A DNA stretch of 24,000 nt from Millisia brevis NBRC 105863 (GTDB taxonomy: Bacteria > Actinomycetota > Actinomycetes > Mycobacteriales > Mycobacteriaceae). Positions within the stretch are counted from its first letter, which is position 1; each line of letters begins with the position of its first letter. The translations under genes and the position numbers were made by a program. The notes beneath the pieces were generated by a model. The model was not told where the DNA came from. It made no database searches and was given only the letters and a program-made list of their open reading frames with translations. The DNA lies in the NCBI RefSeq assembly GCF_001552615.1, contig NZ_BCRN01000014.1, forward strand, positions 45,400 through 69,399, written 5' to 3'. Below, piece by piece: positions 15,090-24,000 of the stretch.

Positions 15090-18014
15090 ATGGCCGACAC
15101 AGCGAACACCGACTGGCTGCGAGCACGTCCGAACGTCGACGGGGAGCGAGCCGCGACGATCGCCCGGGAGCGCTACGGCGTGCTCGGCGACGTCACCGAA
15201 CTCGGCAGCCAGCAGGACCGCAACTACCGCATCGTCCCGACGGGCGCCGGCAGCGGCGCGCCGACCGGCGGCATCATGCTCAAGATCAATCACCCGTCGA
15301 TCTCCGAGGACGAGCTCGACCTGCAGTTCGTCGTCTCCGACACCCTGCTGGCCGCCGGGGTGACCACGCCGGCGGTGGTACCCACCGTCGACGGCGAGCG
15401 GCGGTTCGGGCTGCCGCTCGGAGAGGACACCTCGTCGTGGGTATGCGCCTTCGAGGTGGTGTCGGGTCAGTCCCTGCTCGACGCGGGCGACCTGACCGGC
15501 GCGCGCGCCGAGGAACTCGGCCGACTGTGCGCCCGCACCGATGCCGCACTGGCACCGGTGCACCGACCGGCCGCGAACCGGAACCTGCAGTGGGAGATGG
15601 GGCAGGCCGCCGAGGTGGTCACCACGCTCGCGCCCAGCGTCCCCGACGCGGAGCGCGCCATCGTGATCGCCCGAGCCGAAGCGGCGTGGAGTGCGCTCGA
15701 GCGGCTGCGCGACGACCTGCCCCGCCAACTCATCCACGGCGACCTGACCACCGACAATGTCATGGTCGACGCCTCGGGGCGGCTCTGGGTGATCGACCTC
15801 GGCGACGCGGTCGACTCGTGGCGCGTGGCGGATCTGGCGATCCTCGCCGCCGACGTCTTCGGGCGCACCGGAAGCCTCGCGATCACCGGACGCGTCGTGC
15901 GCGGGTACGCCGCCGTGATGCCGTTGTCGGACAGCGAGATCGACGCGATCTGGCCGATGGTCGTGCTGCGCGGCGCCGTGCTCGCGGTCAGCGGGTGGAG
16001 CCAGCAGCAGATCGATCCGGGCAACGAATACGCCCGGGTGCGCATGCAGCACGAATGGAATCTGTTCGTGCGGTCCGCCGACCTGGACGCCGAACAGGTC
16101 GCCGCGCAGCTGCGGGTGGCCGTCGGGCTGCCGCACCGTGCGGACATCCCGCCCTACGTACCGCTGATCGACGGCCTCGACGTGGCGGCGGTGGTCGATC
16201 TCGAGGTGCGCAGCCCCCTGCTGGACCGTGGTGAATGGACCGACCCGGCCACCGAGGACGCTCTGGCCCGCGCGGCCGCCGGATCGGGCGCCGCGATCTT
16301 CCGCTTCGGAGAGACCCGCCTGACCCGGGTCGCCTGGGACGTCTCGACCCCCGCACCGGCCCGTGCCCGACTGGTCGAACTGTGGACCCGGCCGGGCGTG
16401 GTCGTGCGCGCCCCGTTCGCGGGCGAGGCTCGTGCCGACGGCGACGCGGTCGAGCTGACCGCCGCCGGCATCACGCTGCGCATCGACGGCGTCGAGGCGC
16501 CCGCGACCGGACCGGTGGACGGCGGACAGTCGCTGGGCCACGTGGCCGCCGCGGCGCCCGGCGTCGGACGGCTGCGGGTGACGCGGCGCATCCTCGACGC
16601 GCCGGCCGACGCATCGTTCACCGGCGCCGAGGGGGAGTACGAAACCGACGGCGCCGCGGATCCCTCACCGCTGCTGGGGATCTCGTCGGTCGCCGATCCC
16701 GTGCTCGCCACCCGCGATCAGCAGCGCCGACGCGACCGAGTGCTCGGCAGCGCCGCCGAACGGTTCTACGACGACCCGCCCCAGTTCGAGCGGGGCTGGG
16801 GGACCCGGCTGGTCTCGACGCAGGGCCGCGCCTACCTCGACCTGGTCAACAACGTCACCGCGATCGGACATTCGCACCCGCGCCTGGCCGACGCCGTCGG
16901 GCGCCAGATGCACGTGCTCAACACCAATTCCCGATTCCTTTACCAGGCGTACGCCGATCTGGCCGACAAGCTGCTCGCGCACTCGCCCGACCCGTCCCTG
17001 GACGTCGTCATCCCGGTCAACAGCGGTTCGGAGGCGATCGAACTCGCGCTGCGACTGGCCCGGGTGGCTACCGGCCGCCGGGACGTGATCGCCCTGCGGG
17101 AGGCCTATCACGGGTGGACCACGGGAGCGGACGCGGTGAGCACGTCGGTCTTCGACAATCCGAACGCCCTGGCCTCCCGCCCGGACTGGGTGCACCTGGT
17201 CGACGCTCCCAACGCCTATCGCGGGCCCTTCCGCGGCCCCGACGCCGGCGCCCGCTACGCCGCACAGGTCGCGCAGCTCGCCGCCCGACTCGGCGACGAG
17301 GGCGCCGGCGTGGCCGCGTTCCTCAGCGAACCGGTCCTCGGCAACGCCGGGGGAGTGATCCCGCCCGACGGCTACCTCGCCGCGGCCTACGACGCGGTCC
17401 GGGCCGCCGGCGGGCTCGCGATCGCCGACGAGGTGCAGGTCGGCTACGGCCGGTTGGGTGCCGCGTTCTGGGGGTCGACGATGTTGGGAGCGGTGCCGGA
17501 CATCATCGCGACCGCCAAGGCGGCGGGCAACGCCTTCCCGTTCGGCGCGGTGATCACCCGCCGCGAGATCGTCGACGCCCTGGCCCGCGAGGGCATGTTC
17601 TTCTCGTCCGCCGCCGGCGCGCCGGCCAGTGCGGTCGCCGGCTCGGTGGTGCTCGACGTGATCCGCGACGAGCGGTTGCAGGACAACGCCGCGCGGGTGG
17701 GCGCGCATCTGAAGGGTCTGCTCGAGGATGTGGCGCGGCGGCGCCCGCTGATCGGCGCCGTACACGGCACCGGCCTCTATATGGGGGTCGAACTGGTGCG
17801 TAATCGGGAGACCCGGGAGCCGGCCGGTCGGGAGGCCGCCGAGGTCTCGCGCCGGCTGCTCGACCACGGCATCATCGTGCAGCCCGCGTCCGAACGGCAG
17901 AACGTGCTGAAGGTCAAGCCGCCGCTGACCTTCTCGATCGACGATGCGCGGGCATTCGCCGCCGCGCTGGACGCCGTGCTCGGCGGGCCGGACCTGGCGC
18001 CGACGGGGGAGTGA
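15090..18014 (+). CDS. Three-domain fusion: hydroxylysine-kinase-like APH-fold kinase + degenerate M23/LytM-like barrel + class III PLP enzyme of the ETNPPL/PHYKPL phospho-lyase type (974 aa)
   Basis: N-terminal domain: RPNVDGERAATIARERYGVLGDVTELGSQQDRNYRI, IMLKINHP, LIHGDLTTDNVMVD and VIDLGD align by eye with human HYKK. Middle: LVELWTRPGVVVRAPFAGEARADGDAVELT...VDGGQSLGHV has an M23-like topology without obvious His ligands. C-terminal domain: YLDLVNNVTAIGHSHP, LNTNSRFLY, NSGSEAIELALRLAR, IADEVQVGYGRLG, PDIIATAKAAGN and NVLKVKPPL align closely with ETNPPL/PHYKPL. ATG 15090 lies 6 nt after GAGGAGGA. Confidence 0.9.
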   Translation: MADTANTDWLRARPNVDGERAATIARERYGVLGDVTELGSQQDRNYRIVPTGAGSGAPTGGIMLKINHPSISEDELDLQFVVSDTLLAAGVTTPAVVPTVDGERRFGLPLGEDTSSWVCAFEVVSGQSLLDAGDLTGARAEELGRLCARTDAALAPVHRPAANRNLQWEMGQAAEVVTTLAPSVPDAERAIVIARAEAAWSALERLRDDLPRQLIHGDLTTDNVMVDASGRLWVIDLGDAVDSWRVADLAILAADVFGRTGSLAITGRVVRGYAAVMPLSDSEIDAIWPMVVLRGAVLAVSGWSQQQIDPGNEYARVRMQHEWNLFVRSADLDAEQVAAQLRVAVGLPHRADIPPYVPLIDGLDVAAVVDLEVRSPLLDRGEWTDPATEDALARAAAGSGAAIFRFGETRLTRVAWDVSTPAPARARLVELWTRPGVVVRAPFAGEARADGDAVELTAAGITLRIDGVEAPATGPVDGGQSLGHVAAAAPGVGRLRVTRRILDAPADASFTGAEGEYETDGAADPSPLLGISSVADPVLATRDQQRRRDRVLGSAAERFYDDPPQFERGWGTRLVSTQGRAYLDLVNNVTAIGHSHPRLADAVGRQMHVLNTNSRFLYQAYADLADKLLAHSPDPSLDVVIPVNSGSEAIELALRLARVATGRRDVIALREAYHGWTTGADAVSTSVFDNPNALASRPDWVHLVDAPNAYRGPFRGPDAGARYAAQVAQLAARLGDEGAGVAAFLSEPVLGNAGGVIPPDGYLAAAYDAVRAAGGLAIADEVQVGYGRLGAAFWGSTMLGAVPDIIATAKAAGNAFPFGAVITRREIVDALAREGMFFSSAAGAPASAVAGSVVLDVIRDERLQDNAARVGAHLKGLLEDVARRRPLIGAVHGTGLYMGVELVRNRETREPAGREAAEVSRRLLDHGIIVQPASERQNVLKVKPPLTFSIDDARAFAAALDAVLGGPDLAPTGE

Positions 18015-18019
18015 CGTAC

Positions 18020-18047
18020 GGCCGGGCGGGGTTCGCCGCGCCCGGCC
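18020..18047. terminator. GC hairpin between the convergent fusion gene and the Nudix gene (candidate bidirectional terminator)
   Basis: ggccgggcg (18020-18028) pairs perfectly with cgcccggcc (18039-18047) around a 10-nt loop. The hairpin lies 6 nt after the TGA at 18012-18014 and 8 nt before the Nudix stop. Confidence 0.45.
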
Positions 18048-18054
18048 GGCCCGC

Positions 18055-18531
18055 TCAGGTGCGGAACCACGCCCGTTCGTCGCCCGCGAGCGCCTTCTCG
18101 ATGCGCAGCACCGACGTCTCGGTCATATCGGCGGGCAGATCGTCGGGGGAGAACCAGCGCACCTCGAGGTTCTCGTCGTCGTTGACCCGCGCGTCGGTGC
18201 TGCCGAGCGGATGCGCCAGGAAGCACAGATCGAGGAAGCGGGTGCGATCACCGTTCGGGTAGATGTTCGTCGCGGTCACATCGACGCTCGTCAATCGATC
18301 GACCCGGACCGTCAGACCGGTCTCCTCGGCAACCTCGCGGACGACGGCGGTCGCGGGCTCCTCGCCAGGTTCGAGAATCCCGGAGATCACCGCCCACAGG
18401 TTGTTGTCGGCGCGGCGGGCCAGCAGGATCCGGCCGTCGTGATCGATCACCACCGCACTGACGCCGCTGAGCCACAGCTCCGCGGTACCGATATGCGCGC
18501 GCAGGTCGACGATGAAGTCAGGGATAGGCAT
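18055..18531 (-). CDS. Nudix hydrolase (158 aa)
   Basis: The canonical Nudix box GX5EX7REUXEEXGU is present as GILEPGEEPATAVVREVAEETGL. The substrate is unknown. Confidence 0.9.
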   Translation of the reverse strand: MPIPDFIVDLRAHIGTAELWLSGVSAVVIDHDGRILLARRADNNLWAVISGILEPGEEPATAVVREVAEETGLTVRVDRLTSVDVTATNIYPNGDRTRFLDLCFLAHPLGSTDARVNDDENLEVRWFSPDDLPADMTETSVLRIEKALAGDERAWFRT

Positions 18532-18555
18532 CGGCGGTGAGCCTACCGGCGCGGA

Positions 18556-19599
18556 TCAGGACGCGTAGATATCGATCGAGCCGACCACGTCGGCGACGAT
18601 CGCCCGGGCGGCGGTCGGGCCGTAGCCGGTCCAGACCTGCGGGTCGACCGCGAAGGTGCGATTGTCGGAGACCGCACCCAGATCGAGCCACGGTGTGCTG
18701 CGCATCACCGACTCGCCGAACGTCTTGCCCGCGTCACCGTCGAAGATGATCCAGATCAGGTCGGCGTCGACCACCCGCGGATCGACGGTGTCGACATCGA
18801 CGGTGTCGGTGGGGGCGATCGAGGGGCGGCGCACCCCGATATCGGCCAGCACACCGCCGGCGAAGCTGTCGGTGCCGAGCAGGCGGGCGGAGTCGGGTGC
18901 GAACTCGACCACCGACGCGAGGGTATTGCGGGCGATCACCCGATTACCGGCGTCGAGCGCGTCCGCGCGATACCGGTCGAGGGCCGCCAGCGACGCGTCC
19001 CGGCGTCCGGTCGCGGCCCCCAGTTCGAGGAAGCCGGCCTGCCAGGACCCCTCGACCCGCACGACCGCGGTCGGAGCGATCGCGCTCAACTCCCGGTAGA
19101 GCGCCTCGTCGATCGCCCCGGAGCCGATGATCACGTCCGGCCGTACTTCTGCGATGCGGCCGAGGTCGAGCCCGTCGAGGGGGCCCATCGTGGGGATATC
19201 GGAGATGCCGGTGCCCAGATACTCCGGTCGTGCCACCCCGTCGGGCAGGCCGACCACCCGCTCCCATATGCCGAGCGCGCACATCGCGTCCAGGCTGGTG
19301 GTGTCCAGGACCAGGATCCGACCCGGATCGGCGGGGACCTCGACCGGCCCGGCGGCGCCGCCCACCACGCCCGGTTGGTCGGAATCCGGGGTCGACGGCG
19401 CCGGGCAGGCATCGGTGGTGTCCCGCTCGATCCCCAGCACCGCGGCGCCCGCGATATTCGTGGTGGTGACCTCGATGGTCGACGGATCGTCGCTGCTCGT
19501 ATCGGCCGAGCACCCCGCGGCCACCACGACCAGCAGCAGGACGCCCGCCGACGACACGAAACGACGGCGATGTCGGGGGCGGCCACGCAGCGCGAACAT
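18556..19599 (-). CDS. fecB: FecB-like iron-siderophore/class III ABC substrate-binding lipoprotein (orphan; no permease or ATPase adjacent)
   Basis: The start is trimmed to ATG 19599. MFALRGRPRHRRRFVSSAGVLLLVVVAAGCSADT carries a twin-Arg-like n-region and the lipobox VAAGC. RILVLDTTSLDAMCALG...PDVIIGSG is typical of FecB/FhuD-type binding proteins. It is divergent from ctaD, as I recall for Rv3044/Rv3043c. Confidence 0.75.
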   Translation of the reverse strand: MFALRGRPRHRRRFVSSAGVLLLVVVAAGCSADTSSDDPSTIEVTTTNIAGAAVLGIERDTTDACPAPSTPDSDQPGVVGGAAGPVEVPADPGRILVLDTTSLDAMCALGIWERVVGLPDGVARPEYLGTGISDIPTMGPLDGLDLGRIAEVRPDVIIGSGAIDEALYRELSAIAPTAVVRVEGSWQAGFLELGAATGRRDASLAALDRYRADALDAGNRVIARNTLASVVEFAPDSARLLGTDSFAGGVLADIGVRRPSIAPTDTVDVDTVDPRVVDADLIWIIFDGDAGKTFGESVMRSTPWLDLGAVSDNRTFAVDPQVWTGYGPTAARAIVADVVGSIDIYAS

Positions 19600-19875
19600 G
19601 AGTCTGGAGGGTACTGGTCGGCCGCCGACGACCGCGGCCGGCGGTGCCCCCGGGTCGCCCGAACTCCGGCCGGCTCGGGCGGTCCCGAGGCCCCGCCGCC
19701 GACGCAACTACGACACTGGGTAGGACCAAGGGGGCAAAGCGTAGGGGGAGGGTTTACGATCAGGGAGGCGCCGACGGGATCAGCCCTGTGCCCGGTGCCG
19801 TACCGGACGACGTTTACACGTCGCGACCGCGCGGAACGCCCGGCGTGACCGGGTGAACGATTAGCAGGAGGACCG

Positions 19876-21627
19876 TTGACTGCCGTAGCGCCCAGGCCAG
19901 TCCCCGAGCTGACGCCCTCGCGGCCGTACCCCGATCGGGTAGGGCGCAAGGGGTCGTTCATCTATCGACTGATCACCACGACCGATCCGAAGGATCTCGG
20001 GGTGATGTACCTGTTCACATCCTTCGTGTTCTTCATGATCGGCGGCCTGATGGCCCTGCTGATGCGTGCGGAACTCGCGGTGCCGGGACTGCAGTTCCTG
20101 TCGAACGAGCAGTTCAATCAGCTCTTCACCATGCACGGCACGATCATGCTGCTGTTCTACGCGACGGCGATCGTGTTCGGCTTCGCGAACTACCTGGTGC
20201 CCCTCCAGATCGGCGCACCGGACGTCGCCTTCCCGCGACTGAACTCCTTCAGCTACTGGCTGTACGTCTTCGGTGGCACGATGGCCACCGCCGGCTTCCT
20301 GACGCCGGGTGGCGCCGCCGACTTCGGCTGGACCGCCTACACCCCGCTGTCGGACTCCCTGCACTCGCCGGGCCTCGGTGCCGACCTGTGGATCCTGGGT
20401 CTGACCATCTCGGGTCTCGGCACGATCCTCGGTGGCGTCAACTTCACCACCACGATCATCTGCCTGCGCGCCCCCGGCATGACGATGTTCCGGATGCCGA
20501 TCTTCACCTGGAACATCCTGATCACCAGCCTGCTGATCCTGCTGGCCTTCCCGCTGCTCGCCGCCGCCCTGATGGGTCTGGCGATCGACCGGCACCTCGG
20601 CGCTCACCTGTTCGACCCGGCCAACGGCGGTGTGCTGCTCTGGCAGCATCTGTTCTGGTTCTTCGGGCATCCCGAGGTCTACATCATCGCGCTACCGTTC
20701 TTCGGCATCGTCTCGGAGATCTACCCGGTCTTCAGCCGTAAGCCGATCTTCGGATACTCGAACCTGGTCTTCGCGACGATCGCCATCGCCGCCCTGTCGA
20801 TCGCCGTGTGGGCGCACCACATGTACGCGACCGGCGCGGTGCTGCTGCCGTTCTTCTCGTTCATGACCTTCCTGATCGCGGTACCGACAGGCGTGAAGTT
20901 CTTCAACTGGATTCTGACGATGTGGAAGGGCCACATAACCCTGGAGACACCGATGTTGTTCTCCATCGGCTTCATCGTCACCTTCCTCCTGGGTGGTCTG
21001 TCCGGCGTCCTGCTCGCCAGCCCGCCGATCGACTTCCACGTCACGGACACCTACTTCGTGGTCGCGCACTTCCACTACGTGCTCTTCGGCACGATCGTGT
21101 TCGCCACCTACGCCGGTATCTACTTCTGGTTCCCGAAGATGACCGGCCGGTTGATGGACGAGAAGCTCGGCCGGATCCACTTCTGGACCACGATGGTCGG
21201 CTTCCACACCACCTTCCTGGTGCAGCACTGGCTCGGCGCCGAGGGCATGCCGCGTCGCTACGCGGACTACCTGCCGTCCGACGGGTTCACCACGCTGAAC
21301 ACGATCTCCACGATCGGCGCGTTCATCCTCGGTGCCTCGACGCTCCCGTTCATCTGGAACGTCTTCAAGAGCTACCGCTACGGCGAGGTTGTGACCGTCG
21401 ACGATCCGTGGGGCTACGGCAACTCCCTGGAATGGGCCACCAGCTGCCCGCCGCCGCGTCACAACTTCACCGAGTTGCCGCGGATTCGTTCCGAGCGGCC
21501 GGCGTTCGAACTGCACTACCCGCACATGGTCGAGCGGATGCGAGCCGAGGCTCACGTCGGGCCCGGTTCGGCCAAGAAGCACGGCACCACCGAGGCCATC
21601 GCGGCCGGGGAGGCCGAGCGGAAGTAG
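19876..21627 (+). CDS. ctaD: Cytochrome c oxidase (aa3) subunit I
   Basis: The protein is near-colinear with the mycobacterial CtaD that I recall: [102 protein letters not shown]. The TTG start at 19876 is preceded by GCAGGAGGA. Confidence 0.97.
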   Translation: MTAVAPRPVPELTPSRPYPDRVGRKGSFIYRLITTTDPKDLGVMYLFTSFVFFMIGGLMALLMRAELAVPGLQFLSNEQFNQLFTMHGTIMLLFYATAIVFGFANYLVPLQIGAPDVAFPRLNSFSYWLYVFGGTMATAGFLTPGGAADFGWTAYTPLSDSLHSPGLGADLWILGLTISGLGTILGGVNFTTTIICLRAPGMTMFRMPIFTWNILITSLLILLAFPLLAAALMGLAIDRHLGAHLFDPANGGVLLWQHLFWFFGHPEVYIIALPFFGIVSEIYPVFSRKPIFGYSNLVFATIAIAALSIAVWAHHMYATGAVLLPFFSFMTFLIAVPTGVKFFNWILTMWKGHITLETPMLFSIGFIVTFLLGGLSGVLLASPPIDFHVTDTYFVVAHFHYVLFGTIVFATYAGIYFWFPKMTGRLMDEKLGRIHFWTTMVGFHTTFLVQHWLGAEGMPRRYADYLPSDGFTTLNTISTIGAFILGASTLPFIWNVFKSYRYGEVVTVDDPWGYGNSLEWATSCPPPRHNFTELPRIRSERPAFELHYPHMVERMRAEAHVGPGSAKKHGTTEAIAAGEAERK

Positions 21628-23825
<2,198 letters not shown>

Positions 23826-23861
23826 TCGACCGCCGCCTCGGTCCTCGTCTCGGCCGTCGTC

Positions 23862-24000
23862 TCAGTCGTCGCCGAGCAGCACGATCACACAGGGGCCGGA
23901 GACCTCGATGGCGTCGCCGGGCTTGAGGATCTCCGACTCGTGGACCGTTCCGGTCGGGGCGGTGGAGTCGAAGACCTTCCGCAGGCCCGCGACCTCGCCT
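23862..24000 (-). CDS. C-terminal end of an unidentified protein (gene continues beyond the right edge)
   Basis: My minus-strand translation is ...GEVAGLRKVFDSTAPTGTVHESEILKPGDAIEVSGPCVIVLLGDD*, with TGA at 23864-23862. Third codon positions are almost all G/C, which is strongly coding-like for this genome. I do not recognise the family. Confidence 0.55.
   Translation of the reverse strand, partial: GEVAGLRKVFDSTAPTGTVHESEILKPGDAIEVSGPCVIVLLGDD

Noticed and set aside
14875-15126. An 83-aa minus-strand ORF in the abiEi / fusion-gene intergenic region, considered as a possible third component or integrase remnant of the AbiE island.
   Set aside because: It overlaps the well-supported start and SD of the 974-aa gene. 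It has no recognisable similarity and no SD, and its composition is not coding-like.
19600-19875. An IdeR (iron box) operator upstream of the fecB-like gene.
   Set aside because: I could find nothing resembling the 19-bp TTAGGTTAGGCTAACCTAA consensus. The best fragments (for example ctgggtaggaccaag) match too few positions.

Overview
This is a high-GC actinobacterial chromosome segment, most likely Mycobacteriales. From memory, the backbone order (serB-ctaD, divergent fecB-like lipoprotein, nrdF-nrdE-nrdI-nrdH, FMN reductase, divergent TetR) mirrors M. tuberculosis Rv3042c-Rv3055. I support 23 CDSs, 2 of them partial. They are an ABC-F ATPase, an oddly arranged family III CoA-transferase and two tandem diverged lsr2 paralogs behind a ~290 bp AT-rich island. 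Next comes a molybdopterin cluster (moaC/moaB fusion, moeA, divergent moaA-moaD), then TetR plus FMN reductase, then nrdHIEF preceded by two NrdR-box-like palindromes. After these lie an AbiEi/AbiEii (DUF1814) type IV TA / abortive-infection pair, a 974-aa kinase-barrel-phospholyase fusion, a Nudix hydrolase and the fecB-like gene. The window ends with ctaD, serB, a serB-coupled PTH2-like protein and an unidentified partial CDS. I saw no rRNA, tRNA, CRISPR array, transposase or integrase. Most long entries in the ORF track are Arg/Pro/Gly-rich shadow frames of real genes, as expected at this GC. The parts most worth a second look come first in this list. (1) The accessory segment at ~13.0-18.5 kb, where the conserved backbone is interrupted by a visibly lower-GC AbiE cassette, the three-domain fusion enzyme and a Nudix gene. 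(2) The bacterial PTH2-like protein, with a possible degenerate second PTH2 repeat and an acidic heptad-repeat tail, whose start overlaps the serB stop (ATGA). (3) The tandem lsr2 pair with its AT-rich upstream island. (4) Three independent in-frame tandem repeats in the N-terminal tails of MoaD, TetR and the PTH2-like protein. I found no clearly new multi-gene system. All family assignments are by-eye motif and alignment recognition and need profile searches.
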